64,000 bases of DNA from Octopus vulgaris. Its lineage: Eukaryota. This document shows positions 26,551-40,189 of the stretch, one piece after another (positions within the stretch are counted from its first letter, which is position 1; each line of letters starts with the position of its first letter). The DNA is taken from positions 79,484,001-79,548,000 of the forward strand of contig OX597817.1 in assembly GCA_951406725.2 (NCBI GenBank), read 5' to 3'. Below the pieces are notes generated by a model. It ran no database searches and was not told the DNA's origin. It worked only from the letters and a program-made list of their open reading frames with translations. The translations under genes and the position numbers were made by a program.

Positions 26551-27379
26551 TTTTGTTAAAGGTGTTTTGACGCGTTTTTTTTTTTTAATTATATAAATAT
26601 AAATGCATTTCTAGTGACTTGTGGTGTAACGGTCAATCAGTAATCAAACTTACTTGAGTTGTGATTTTGCTCTTTAAAACGTCCGGTTTTTATAGACCAA
26701 TGCATTCACTTATATCTACACTATCGAACTACCTATACTGATCAAAAATGTATCTGTTAAGTTAGGTGGGGGGGGGGTTTTCATATCCTGGCTGAGTCGC
26801 TATCAGAAGAAAGTCTTTCAAGTGTAGACAATGATTTCGCTGTCTATGTCATTTCTATTGTTATGTCATTCAGTAAGACATACTAAATGGATCTGTTATC
26901 GTCCGAAGCAAATTGCCAATGTCATGTCTGAGAATTTAAAATCCTGTTTGATATTTATGTTATTAAGCCAGCTTATTATTATATTATTGTTGTTCCATTA
27001 TTGTTGTCAAGACGCTGTCCCAAATTGTCGTTAATTTTATCTGGGACATTTTCACTGACTAGTCCTATCCTTGTCTTAGTTGTGCTTATAGGATAATGCC
27101 TGGGATTAGGGGTAAAGCTTTATGATCTTTAACTGTCCAGTAGGTCTCTCACTTAACTAGATATTCTCCTCTGCTGTCTAATTTAGTTTTGTGGACTCAT
27201 CAGTAATACCATTATCTTTGTTTGCTGTCTCACTTTGCTCCCTTTCACCTGTGGTCGAGTAAGTACCAGGCCTACTTGTAGCGATCAACGCTGTTCTTTA
27301 GTCCGCAGTTCATGTTTTATGTGTCGATGTTCAATAAGTCCTACTTTTCAAGTTAAATCATGTTGATAACTGCATTCTT

Positions 27380-27725
27380 CGTCGAGGGATGATCGAGTAG
27401 TCCTTCGGCTAGGGTTTCGTTTCTCAGAGAAGGGAGAACACGATAAAAAAAAGAAGTGGGAAAACAGATAGTGACGCTACGTTTTTGCCTGTAATATCTC
27501 GTCCTATTTTTCAAGAGAAGGCGCGAGAGTGGGGCAGCAACGTTTGCGCGTAACTGTCCCGCTCTCCGACAGAATCTTGAAGACGAAATCCAACGCTCCA
27601 CAAGAGCAATCATCGAAAAGGAAAAAAAAGAGACAGACATACAGACAGACACAGTAACTATATAATTGACTATCATGCAGATATGCAAGTGAACACTAGT
27701 GGTCCTCAAGAGATGCGAAAGAGAG
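27380..27725 (+). promoter_or_regulatory. CpG-rich unique segment, candidate promoter or first exon of a plus-strand transcript
   Basis: Cluster of CpGs (GGCGCGAGA, TTTGCGCG, TCCCGC) followed by a strong donor GAG|gtaagg at 27725. Confidence 0.35.
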
Positions 27726-28116
27726 GTAAGGTGTAGACATGACGAAATTGGAATTTTTCTAATTTTATTTCTATCTTGTTTCACATTCAGTGGTGAAGAA
27801 AGAGGGAGAAAGGGACAGAAAGAGAAAGCGAGAGAGAAAGTGGGAATGAGATTGAGAAAAGAGAAGAAGAAAAAAAAACAGAGAAGCGAGAGAGGAACAG
27901 ACTGAATAAGTGAAAACTTTAATTCTGATAAAGAGAAGGAAGAAACAATATATGAGAAATTGAATTGTTGTGAAAAGACTGAAGAGGGAACGTATAAAAC
28001 CAAGAGACATACAGAGATGGAGTGAGCAGAGACGAGAGAGAATGAGTAAGAAATAGATGTGAGAGAAGTAAACACAGAGACAGTGACAGACTTACAAAGA
28101 TATATGTGTATGTGTT

Positions 28117-28209
<93 letters not shown>

Positions 28210-28271
28210 ATATATGGGTGGATGAATGGATGTACGTATGTATGCATGTATGTATATATATATATACGTAT

Positions 28272-28312
<41 letters not shown>

Positions 28313-28474
28313 CATACATACATATATATTGACACGCACATATTCACACCTTCACATACTACGTATATATATATATATGCACATATGATATATATGTTAG
28401 TGTCAGTGTGTATACATAAACATATATAAGTGTGTGTATGTGTGTGTGTGTGTTTGTGTTTGAAAAGAGTGATT

Positions 28475-28535
<61 letters not shown>

Positions 28536-28766
28536 GTCCAGTAAATAATTCTTCTTTTAGCGTAAGGCGACCAACCAACCGACTGTTCTCCTGTCAAGTC
28601 AACGAAAAACAATGGCTGCTGACTGGTCAGAACAAAAAGACTGGAACAGTACTGACCATGTGTAACCTCCAGCAATAGCATAATTTATCATGAAACTACA
28701 CTGCTGTTCTTTTGCATGTCAGCAGTTACTAAGCTCACTGGCTATCTGACAGGACAGATCTCTTAC

Positions 28767-28845
28767 CTAGATATATATACACTGAACTGGGATTACGTAT
28801 CAGGTCAGGAAGGGAGCTGCCCTCCACCAGCGGAACAAAGGACAT
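28767..28845 (-). CDS. First recognisable coding exon of the uncharacterised gene (MSFVPLVEGSSLPDLIRNPSSVYIYL)
   Basis: ATG at 28845 and donor TAG|gtaaga at 28767, phase 1, joining exon 2 as G|AG (Glu). Candidate acceptors at 28860 (ttgttcccatttgcatag|) or 29029. Confidence 0.65.
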
Positions 28846-29254
28846 CCTGGTCAGTTCTCTCTATGCAAATGGGAACAAGAACAACACGTGTCGATACAGC
28901 GATGTAGTAAAGCGGCTTTGGCATCTGTGCTTTAACCTTTTTCCATGACCGTGAACTGAACTTGTTAGATTTTGGCTATGTGTGAATAGCATGGGGCGGT
29001 CGAGTAACATTTCGAATCTATTGGCCAACCTATGCACACAGAAACTCAAACACACACACACACACACACAAACACACGCACACACATAAACACACACATA
29101 CACACACATGCACACACACACACATATATATATATGCATCTCCGTATATATATATGTATATATAAGTATATATACGTGTGTGTATATATATATATATATA
29201 TATACATATGCACACACATCTGTATAATATAGATATATATGTATATAATATGTG

Positions 29255-29322
<68 letters not shown>

Positions 29323-29740
29323 TGTATATGTGCGTGTGTAAGTACATGTGTGTGTAAGTACATGCGTGCATGCGCGCAGTGGCGTGCTTAAATCTGCATT
29401 ATTATGAAGAATGTGTCCATTCGTAATAATGTCTCCTGCTTATGAGAAAAGTTCACAAATTTGCCAAGTTCGTTGGCTGTGGTTGCAAACTAATGTCGAT
29501 TCTGACCTTTTGACGAAAACCCCTTCTTGGCAAGAGAATCATATGTTTGGTGTTTAGGGTATCCACTGAGTTAAGAAATTGTTCGGGTGCAAATACTTAT
29601 GTGCAAACGGGTGTATTTTGGATATAATAGGGTGAATCGGGTTATTTATCCATTGCATTGCAGGATACATGCATGCATATGTGTGTGTATGCATGTCAGT
29701 GTGTGTGTGTTTTGCGTTAGTGTGAGTGTATCTGTATCTG

Positions 29741-29778
<38 letters not shown>

Positions 29779-29804
29779 TAAACACATACAAGCATATTGT
29801 TAAG

Positions 29805-30068
29805 GCATGGGTGTTATTGGTTGGGGTATTCGGCTTACGGTCGTAATATCGTGGGTTCGATTTCTGGCGGCGTGATGTCTCCTTAAGTAATTTCATTTCA
29901 CATTGCTCCATTCTAATCACCTGCTAAAAATAAAACGTGCCTGTATTTCAAAGGGCCAGCCTTGTCACGTGTCTGTGAAGTGCTCAGCCATATGAGCGTT
30001 AATTTTACGAGCAGGCTGTTCCGTTGATTGGATCAACTGGCGCCTTCGTCGTCTAACCGACGGAGTTG
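29805..30068 (+). mobile_element. SINE family C
   Basis: tRNA-like head with GGTTCGATTTC, catttcacattgctcc core and cctgtatttcaaagggccagccttgtcac tail. Confidence 0.7.
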
Positions 30069-30181
30069 CATATACTAGGTATGTTTAAAAAGTATCCGAT
30101 TTTATTTTTTCCCCGTTGAAACTAATGCTGCAAGGGCAAAATCCTTTGGGTGGGAGATGAGAGAGATAAGCCACCCTGCGG

Positions 30182-30842
30182 ATGTATGAAAACAGGAGGT
30201 CACGTCAAATTTTTATGTTCAAGGATATGGTTCCAAATGCTCAACGCTTTTCCAAGATTATGGGGGCTTGTTACGAAGCTTTTGCTCCTAATAACATAAT
30301 CCTTGAAGAAAAGAAGACAGTTCAAGGAACTCTCAAACAGTTTTGTTTTAAGCGCATCAAACAAGAACAGCCAGAATCTCTGTTGATGTTGACGAGCCAC
30401 AGTCATCTGCAATCGCGATGTAAGCCACCAAACTTTATGTACGTATTGGTAAATTTAAAATAATTTGGTTTCTTTTGCTGTTGCAAAATAATAATAATTA
30501 CTGAATTTGTTTTTATTTTACCATTATTTTTATTTTACCATGTATTATTGAAAACCACATTCATAAATAAAGCTTCCGCGAGGTACAGTAAACACTGCCA
30601 AATTGTATTCTTGAATTTAGATTTTTACTGCACTGTATTAAAAAATAAAATTATTTGTTTGTAAGTTTAAAATAGGTTTTTATTAACCATATATTATTGA
30701 AAGTGCATTCATAAATAAAGTACAGAATTGGGAATGGTCATTATCGGTTTCGCCTAAAGACAAGTTAATTCGACTTGAGTCGTTTTTCGATTTAAGTCGT
30801 GTCACCTGGAACCAATTAACGACGTAGGGTGAGATACGCCTG
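30182..30842 (+). mobile_element. 3' end of a pogo/Tigger-like DNA transposon
   Basis: FKDMVPNAQRFSKI...IILEEKKTVQGTLKQFCFKR resembles Tigger/TIGD1-type C-termini (MDPN.ERFS...YDEKK..Q..D.FLK). The terminus reads TA-CAGGCGTATCTC on the reverse strand, a Tigger-like TIR. Confidence 0.65.
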
Positions 30843-30943
30843 TATCTCTGTGTGTGTGTGTGTGTGTGTGTGTGTAACTACATGTGGATCATTGACGATT
30901 TTTTCTTCCGTCTTCCTCTTCTTTTAGACTTATCCCTGTCTCC

Positions 30944-30980
30944 TGTTTCTGAAGAAGAGCTTTGCTCGACACGTAAAACA
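30944..30980 (+). ncRNA. Minimal hammerhead motif with one core mutation (GAAA to GACA)
   Basis: TGTTT-CTGAAGA-A-GAGC-TTT-GCTC-GACA-CGTA-AAACA; stems I and II are perfect. Confidence 0.6.
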
Positions 30981-31215
30981 CTCTTTCTTTCCCTGGGCGT
31001 CTTATTAATATTTTGCTTGTATCACGTCCTCACACGCTGTTGTTTTTTTTTTTTACTTTTTATTTTTTCCATTTTTTGTATTAATCATATATGTACGTAT
31101 ATATATATATAGATATATATACATGTCACAAGTCTTTTTTTCCAACCAGTTGCCTTACTTGACCGCTAAATCCACAAGTTTCTTTTATTCTCTCTCTGTT
31201 TATTTTCTCTTATTC

Positions 31216-31251
31216 CTTTCTGTTGAAGAGCGTAGGCTCGAAACTTAAAAG
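31216..31251 (+). ncRNA. Minimal hammerhead-like motif (CUGUUGA core variant)
   Basis: cttt-CTGTTGA-A-GAGC-GTAG-GCTC-GAAA-CTTA-aaag, in the element at about 31150-31343 homologous to 19180-19367. Confidence 0.5.
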
Positions 31252-31341
31252 ACATATTCACTTTCCTGACCGTCAACTTAATACACCTGCTTGCTGTTCA
31301 TACACCTATCTTCGTCTTTTGTTTTTCTATAAATTTCAACA

Positions 31342-31374
<33 letters not shown>

Positions 31375-32679
31375 GGTGTGTGTGTGTGTGTTTATACATA
31401 CATATAGTAGGGAATATAATGTTTATTTAATTTATTGATTCTTTTGAATAATATTTATTATAGTATATTTAAATTTTTTCTGTATAATACAGATAATGTC
31501 TTTTACTACTGAATTGCTTAATAGAGGTTATTTCTCTTAATTATATACATATATATATATACACACACATACATACATATCTAAACCTATACATTTTGTT
31601 TATGCCATAGGATTTGAAAAACTTCAAAGGACATAAAATGATTGGGTTTTTTACAGTGAAACTCAATCTTTTGCCTGTATACTTATATACCTATTTTGTA
31701 TTTCATACGCAAACTACTACTTTTAATATATGTAATTTCTTTATCCATATAATTGGCTATATATATATACCTATGTGTCAGAAATTTCTTATACTTGCTG
31801 CAATCTTGCAGTCTGTTAGGCTGCTAAATCAATTAGAATCATTGCTTAATGATACGTCTAGCAAAACAGGTAATTTGATAAGAGGATGTTTGAATTATTG
31901 TTAAAGGTATTGTAAAGACTATAAAATTATTTTCTTTGAACTAATTTTAATTTTCAGGTGTCTGATATCCAAAGATATGATGAACACAGGACTAATGAAT
32001 TATGATAGTTGTAATAGAACATCTAATTATTTTGCAATAATATCATCAGTGATTGGTCCTTCTAAACAATTGAACCACCTTACTTGGACAATGTTTTAAA
32101 TTGTTTCATGTAATATTGTTATGTAATGCTTTAGACAACTCTTTAAGCAAAGGTCTAAATTCTGGCATTTTTGTGACACCAATTCTAGTAAAGTCCAGTA
32201 CCATCTTAAGGCTTTTGAACTCTGGACAATTGACCAGGATCCTCATGGGTTTAAGGGCACAGTTCTGAGCTATTTATGTTTTGACTTTCTGCCAATAAAT
32301 ACAGTAGGGCCCAGTTCACTGATTTCCCAGGGAAGCAATGTGGGGCATATAATGCTACTAAGACAGACCTGGCAAAGTCACCAAGAAACTTACATGACAA
32401 CTTAAATTAGAATACTAACAATGGTACAAATATCCTCTTCTGGGGTTCAGGAGAAGAGTTTAAACTCAAGATTACCAAGTAATAACTAACAAAGTATTCA
32501 GAGTTGCATTTAGTCAGTGGTTCGCTTTTATAGCTGAGCAGACTGAGCCAAAGAAAATCATTTGATATTCTCATCAGCTGAGTACATTATTGGTGAGAGA
32601 ATACAAACTATTGCTCCATGAACAAGTAGACTAAATATATTTATAAAAAACCAAACTATCCATGATATTTCCAACATGT

Positions 32680-33068
32680 TCTATCTCTCTCTATATAAAC
32701 GGCAGTTTGTCTGTGTGTGTTTCTGTGTGTCTGTTAGGTTGTACCCTCACCCTGACCACGGCTTTCAACCGATTCTGATGAAACTTGACACACACATAGC
32801 CCAATGTCATAATTCAAAACTAACGCAGCGAAAATTTTGAAAAGTTCCCCCAGTTCCGAAAAAAATCGATAAATTCGACATGGGGTCGAGAATCAGAAAC
32901 ACAAACCACAGACTGTCTAGGGGACGCAACTCCACCTTTTTAACTCTCAAAAATAAATTTACCATATTTTTTTTTCCATTTTTTTGCTATTTTTTGGCTA
33001 TAACTCTCTAAAAATGCTTTATAGCTATTTCCTTTACAAACCCGAGCAACGCCGGGCGATACTGCTAG
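32680..33068 (+). mobile_element. Young non-autonomous Helitron
   Basis: 5' TC, CTGT/GT repeats, CCGATTCTGATGAAA motif, 3' hairpin CCCGAGCAACGCCGGG and CTAG|T terminus. CpG-rich inside CpG-poor flanks. Confidence 0.85.
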
Positions 33069-34234
33069 TCAATACTAAAGCTATATCTTGAGTAGATATA
33101 TATTCGTATGTTTACAGTAAGATATTGTAATGGGATAAAACTTGAATTTGAACTAATCAGTTACTGAACTATGGTATTTTCCATTCTCATTAGAATCTCC
33201 TCAGGCTTAGTATGCTTGAGTCACATGTTTATGCTTATTAGATTTCTGTTATGAGATGTTGCTTTGATTAGCAGCCAGAGATTAATTATACAGTTACACT
33301 ACACAACATATGAAATAATTTATTTTCTAGATATGGAAGGGATAGCTGTGTGGTTAAAAAGCTATATTTGCAAACACATGGCTTAGCATTTGGTCTCACT
33401 GCACGGAACCTTTGGCAAGTATCTTCTACTTTAGCCCAAGGCCAGCCAATATCTTGAGGGCTCTGGTTCTGAGTACTTTGTTACTTTGAGGCCCTGTGTT
33501 CTTTTCTTCTTTTGAACCACAGAAGGGGATATTTGTGTCATTAGTAGCAATATTTCAACCTAAGACACATTAAAAAAAAAATCAAAGGTAGGGTAGTTTT
33601 GTTGTGGTGATTTACATTCAAGCCAGCCCCAATCAATTGACATATAAACAAAGACATTCCAGCAATAGCATATCTAGGAGTGCACTGCATAATGTGATTG
33701 TCTTTTAACAAGGAGGTAGTGTGCTAGTTGAAGGAGATTTAGTTGTTATTTCTAGCAGGTTGAGTAATTGTATGGAGGGTTCCTCATAAGTAACAAATAT
33801 TGGTTTTAAATTTTGGTACAAAGCAAATAGGTTTGGGGAAGGGGCTAAGTGATTTAAATCGATCCCAGTGTTCAACTGGTACTTTCAGGGTTTTATCAAC
33901 CCTGAAAGGATGAAAAGTGAACTCAGCCTTGGTAGAATTTGATCTCAGTATCTACAGACAAACAAAATGCCACTAAGCATTTTGCCTACCATGCTAATGA
34001 TTCTACTAGCTCACCACTTTAGTAACAGGAGCAATATTAAAAGAGATAACTATATTTTACCAATATATTTAATACTGTGGTAAACCTCATGAAACATAGT
34101 GAAATAAGAATTGTTGTAAGTGTTTTAGGTAAAGAGAAAACTGAAGACTTGTTGCAACAATAAATAATTCCATTCTGTTTAGTTGTGAATCCATTGCTGA
34201 ATGAAAGCTTCAGTATACTAGTTTGTTATTGCTG

Positions 34235-34527
34235 GTTGTTGTTGTTGTTGTTAAGCAACAAGACGGGTAAGGGTGATTTCCCTGCGTCCGTTATGTGGGT
34301 TGGGAGACGTCTGGCAGGTCGGGAGCGGAAGTCCACTTTTCCCAGATCCGGAGGACAAGGAGAGGGTCACTGGCCAGAGTGACTGGGGTGGGGTTGGCAT
34401 TTGCGGCGTGCGATGGATCCATGGACAGTTGTAGATGACATGCTTCGCCGTCTCCTCTCCTACTCTGTACTTTCTGCAAGACGACGACTATTGTTGGTTG
34501 TAGACCTCCATGTCCCAACCTGGCCAA
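34235..34527 (-). mobile_element. 3' end of an I/Ingi-like LINE
   Basis: SCRKYRVGEETAKHVIYNCP is a degenerate C-terminal zinc knuckle, followed by a (CAA)n tail. Confidence 0.6.
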
Positions 34528-34755
34528 TTATGGGTTTGATGGACTGGGTGCTTTCATGCTTGGATGATTAGACCTGGACATCACCAGCAATGCAAAGAAC
34601 CACAACGGACAATGTGGTATTCCTAATAAAATCCTGGATTGGTTCTTTATTTCTCAACTCCTAAAGAATAAAGAAAAATTAGATTTTGGATGGGATTTCA
34701 ACCCAGATAACATAGAATGGGAATGTTTACAGTAATCTAATCTATCTGACACTTT

Positions 34756-35058
34756 GTTGTTTGTTCCTTCTAGAGCCAACCCTGGCTCATGAGGGCTGGT
34801 TTCCTGGTTTCCTTGGTGTATAGTTTCCCCACCTGGACGGAACGCTGGTCCTTTGCAGGTGAGCTGCAAGATACAGGAGGAAAGAGTAGAGAAAGTTGTG
34901 GCAAAAGAGTCAGCAGAAGTTCACCATTACCTTCTGCCGGAGCTGCATGGAGCTTAGGTGCTTCGCTCATAAACACACATATCACCCAGTCTGAGATTCG
35001 AACCCACGATCCCTCGACCATGAGTCCACTGCTCTAACCACTAGGCCATGTGCCTCCA
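34756..35058 (-). mobile_element. Full-length tRNA-derived SINE family D with a 14-bp TSD
   Basis: TSD ctatctgacacttt at 34742-34755 and 35059-35072; A box TGGCCTAGTGG and B box GGTTCGAATC. Confidence 0.9.
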
Positions 35059-35599
35059 CTATCTGACACTTTAATGTACTAGAACTTCTATTTCATTTAA
35101 AAAGTAATTTTTGTTTTCATTTCACTTCATGGTGTCCTGAAGATCAAATAAGACATTACAAGAGCACTTCAAATGGAGAGTTTTTTTAGCCACTTTTGTT
35201 TTCATATTTCATTTCAACTAGACTACATTACATCATCCTCATCATCATTATCATCATCATCATTTAACATCTGCTTTTCATACTGGCATGGGTTGGAGGG
35301 TTTGACATGAGTTGGCAAATCAGAAGACTCTGCTGTCTGCTTTTGCATGGATGCCCTTCCCAACTACATTTGTTTAAGTTATTTTGGAAAATAATGAAGA
35401 ATTTAGAAAAGTAAGCTTGTCATAATTAAGATGGTGTCTAGAACATAAATATACATGAAATGTTTATGGAATGTTTTAATTTTCATCATTTTAAAACAGG
35501 AACTTGGTATGAATAGACAAAGGAGTATTCTCAAGTGGGTTGATAGCAAAAAGGCTAAAAATATAACCATGTTTTTAAGTTCAAAGTTTAATAAAATAG

Positions 35600-35980
35600 A
35601 CTGCGACTATGTTGAAGCAGCACCTTAAGGGATCTTTTAGTTGAAGAAATCGTCCAGAAGACTTATTCTTTATAAGACTAGTACTTATTCAATTGGTCTT
35701 TTTTGCTGAACTGTTAAGTTAAAGGAACATAAGCACACCAGCATTGGTTGTCAAGTGATGGTGACAGGGACAGACAAAGACACGAAGACACAAGTATATA
35801 CATATACATATATATATGACGAGCTTCTTTCAGTTACCATTTACTAAATCCACTAATAAGGCTTTGGTTAGTCCGAGGCTATAGTTGAAGACACACATTT
35901 GCCCAAGTTGTCACATGGTGGGACTGAACCCAGAACCATGTGGTTGGGAAGCAAGCTTCTTACCACACAGCCACACCTGC
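35600..35980 (-). mobile_element. SINE family A (CpG-decayed)
   Basis: Family A sequence with TpG/CpA in place of CpG. Confidence 0.8.
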
Positions 35981-36660
35981 ACCATAGTTTACTGGAGTTT
36001 TTTTTTAAAATCATATTTATACCTGACAATAATATAAGTAACATACTCATGAGAATTTTCTCAAGTTTCAAACTGTTACCAATGTCATCATCGTTATTGT
36101 CTTAATGTCTCCCTTGTCCATGCTCTCATAGGTCAAATAGAATGTTTTGAGGTAGATTTTCTATGGATGGATGGATGTTCTTTCTGTCACCAACCTTCAG
36201 CTGTTTTGAAGTAAAGTAATATTTTCCCTTGGCAGGAGATTTTTACATGGGAGATTAGAAATGAATAACACTGCTTGTACAACAGTGAGGCTCATTTACA
36301 ACTATCACACAATGTTAAGATAAGGAGACATAAAGACAAGTTGTTACTGAATGGCACAAGGAACATTCTAGTAAGTTGACATAAAGATACATACATGTGC
36401 ACACATGCTTACACAGATACATAAGCACATACAGATACTCACACAGACATACACACACACACACACATGCCAACATAGGTATATGTACATGCTCACACAA
36501 ATACACACGTCCTCACAGATATACACACTTACTTACACAGATACATACCCACAGATACACACACATAGATACATACCCACACAACACAAACATACACATG
36601 CCCCCTCTCTCTCTCAAATACACGTGCGCACATACGCACACACACACACACACATATATA

Positions 36661-37875
36661 TAGGGGTTTGACAAAATAATAAAAACACCTAGCATCATAG
36701 CATCATAATTTTGAAATATCTATAAAACTGTCAAAAGCTTGTTTATTTTTACGTTTTTTGATTTATTATTAGTGTTGCTTAATATGTTATGCTAAAATTG
36801 CTGTTTCTTTTCAAATATCATCAGAAAAAGGTAATTAAAATTCATTAAAATGACAGATCTATCGGTCTTTCAAAGAGGTCAAATTGTTGGTGCTCGTATG
36901 GCAGGTGCTAGTGTAACAAAAACAGCTGAAATGTTTGGTGTATCAAGAAGTACTGTCTTGAAAGGAATGACAGCCTTTGAGAAAGGGGGGAAAACCTCCT
37001 TGTCGAAACAAAGCTTCTGAAGAAAACCAAGACTTTCAGATAGGGGCCATCGGACTCTTACACGAATTGTTGGAAAGATCACAAAAGTACAGCATCCAAA
37101 ATTACTGCAGAGCTTAATGACCACCTGAAGAACCCAGTTTCCACAAAAACCTGTTTGCTGGGAGCTGCACAAAGCCGGATTTCACAGGAGGGCAGCAATC
37201 AGAAAACCACTACTTTCAAAAACAAACGTTGCAAAGCATTTAGAGTGGAGTAAAAACCTACAGAATTACCCTATTTCCAACAACTGGCCGAGTATATGCT
37301 GGAAACAGCCAAAAGAAGACTGCCTTCTTCCAACTGTTAAACATGGAGGAGGATCTGTGATGATCTGGCAGGGGGCTATATCTTGAAAATCTACTGGCCC
37401 AGTAATTTACCTTCATGGCAGAATTAATAATCAAGACTATTTAAGCATTTTATCTGATCAAATTCATCCTATGGTTGCAGAACTGTTTCCAGAAGCAAAC
37501 ACAGTCTTTCAGGATGATAATGCACCAATTCACACAGCTAAAGTTGTTACTGAATGGCACAAGGAACATTCTAGTGAAGTTGAACATCTTATCTGGCCAC
37601 CACAGTCCCCAGATCTCAATATTATTGAACATTTATGGTGCATTTTAGAAAACCAAGTAAGGAGTCAATATCCTCCACCGACATCACTACAAGAATTGGT
37701 AGACTGTTTTAGCTGAAGAATGGATGCATATTCTTTTGGAAACAATTCAAACTTTGTATGAGTCTATACCTCATAGAATTCAAGCTGTAATTACCGCCAA
37801 AGGCGGTCCTATCCCATATTAAAATAAATTTGTTTGAAATTTTTAGGGTGCTTCCATTATTTTGTCCAGCCCCTG
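36661..37875 (+). mobile_element. Tc1 (DD34E) transposon, inactivated
   Basis: ~29-bp TIRs (TAGGGGTTTGACAAAATAAT / rc CAGGGGCTGGACAAAATAAT). Pseudo-ORF 36850-37822: MTDLSVFQRGQIVGARMAGASVTKTA...PTVKHGGGSVMIW...FQDDNAPIH...WPPQSPDLNIIEHLW, with stops, frameshifts and deletion of the first catalytic D motif. Confidence 0.95.
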
Positions 37876-38274
37876 AATATATACGCATAAATAAATACAT
37901 ACATACATACATAAACATATATATATATATATATATATATAATGTATGTATGTATGCAATAATCTTTCTTCACTTTCCTTCTACCAAATCCACTCAAAAG
38001 GCTTTGCTCACTCAGAGGCTATTGCTGAAAATGTTTACCTATAATGTCACACAGTGGATGTGAACACCAAAACCTAGTGGTTGAGAAGTGAATTTCTCAG
38101 TTCATTTGACTCTGACAGGTTACTAACTTAATACTTATAAATTGCTATGCCACCATCTTTGATTTCATAAACCTCTATGACACCTGTCACTGAAACCTAC
38201 TTCATGACCTCTTAGTCTCACCTCACATTATCTCTGTATAATTAACTACTAGGTTTAGTGAACCCACCGAGGTA

Positions 38275-39525
38275 TGAAGGGTGTTCCTAAGGAGTGGGAT
38301 AAATGAAACTTGGCGTAATTATTAGTCCTTCTGTACATAGCAACTACCAACGGTGACACACTTCTCCCATCACTTTATGCAGCTGTGAAGACTGCATCTG
38401 TAGAAGTCGGTAGGTTGCGTCTGGAGCCAAGACTTTACATTGGAAATAAGTTCATCAGCCTCCAAAAAGTGCTTCCCCTTTTAAAAAAAGACTTCTTAAC
38501 TGGAATGAGGTGGAAGCCAGATGGTGTAAAGTTGGGAGAGTAATGGGGATGTGGAAGGATTTCATAGCTGGAGGGTTGTGCTTTCATCTGGGCAACATGC
38601 ACATTGTGAATTGGGGTGTTGCCTTGGAGGAGGCGAACTCCTTCAGTCAGCATGCCACGCCTCTCTCTTTTGATAGCGTCTAGCAATTTCTGCATCAGAG
38701 AAGCATAATATGCCCCATTAATTGTGGTGCCCTTTACAAGAAAATCCATCATCACTACTCCGCACTGGTCCCAAAAGACTGAGCATCACATTGCTTGCTG
38801 AGGATTGAACGCGAGCCTTCTTTGGAGGTAGGGAGTTATCATGCTTCCATTGCTTTCACTGGACTTTAGTCTCATGATCATGGTGATGGACCCATGTTTC
38901 ATCCTGTGTGATAAATCTGCTGGAATAGTCCTCATTTTCTTGGCACATTGCCAAAAAAGCTTGGGAGCAATTGACCTGTTTCTGCTTCTGAAAATGTGTG
39001 AGCACCCAAGGAATCTATCGTGCAGAAAATTTCTACATGTGCAAATGGTCATAAGTGATTTTTTTCCATGGACCCTTCCCTTATCTTCACTTATTGAGCT
39101 AGTTGCCAAATAGTTATGTGGCAATCTTCCAAAATGGTGCTTTCCACTTTATGGATGTTGTTGGCATCAATTGCAGATTGTGGTTGTCCAGGAACAGGAG
39201 CAGTGTCCACTGATGTCTGACCACGTTTGAACTGGCAATGCCAGTGCTTGACTACATCGTATGATGATGCATCATCATCATAAACTTCTTTCATCACAGT
39301 GAAAGTACCTTTCAAGTATAAGAACCTGATCACTGGTCTGCATTCAACTGCTTCCTTTACAACACCTTAGTCCCCTTCAACAGCATTAACAGACAAACGA
39401 ATTCTAGTAGAAAGCTGTAATTTACAATGTGTCATGTAGAGACATGTAAGATTACACCAGTATAAGTTCTGTTTTCTGCAATCACTGGAAATGGGTCAGA
39501 GGAAATCTTTAACGAACATCCCTCG
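38275..39525 (-). mobile_element. mariner (DD34D) transposon, inactivated
   Basis: TIRs TA-TGAAGGGTGTTCC and TA-CGAGGGATGTTCG. Fragments VKHWHCQFKRGQTS and DFLVKGTTINGAYY...LLQGNTPIH...LPHPHYSPNFTPSGFHL. Confidence 0.92.
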
Positions 39526-40055
39526 TATGCTTGTAATACAAAACATTCTTGACTAGTTATTTTATTCTCAGTTACTTTTGTCCAACCTAGTTTTTGATAT
39601 TAAGTCCCAGGTCACCTGCAGATGTTGCCTAGAGTAGGGATAAGAAAATGAGGGTGAGTTTTTAAATGCCGAACTTTTAGAACAAGTTTTACAATTTATT
39701 TTTCTCTGATCATCTTATAGATCGCATATGCAAATTGAAATGTTAGCTGGTTACTTTCTTTGCCTGAAATCCTTGGACTTTCAACCTTATCTTTTAAACA
39801 TTTACTAATACTTCTAAGGGCATCAATAATTATCTGCATAAATGGGAATTTATATTGATACTTACGTATGCATGCAAGTGTATATTTATTTATTTATGCA
39901 TGTTTGAATGTATGTATACATGTACATGTATGTATGTATGTATGTATGTATGTATGTATGTGTGTATGTATGTATGCATGTATGTGTGTATATATATATA
40001 TATATACACACACACATATACACATTCATACATGTACATATATACAGACATTCAA

Positions 40056-40088
<33 letters not shown>

Positions 40089-40096
40089 AACATATG

Positions 40097-40189
<93 letters not shown>

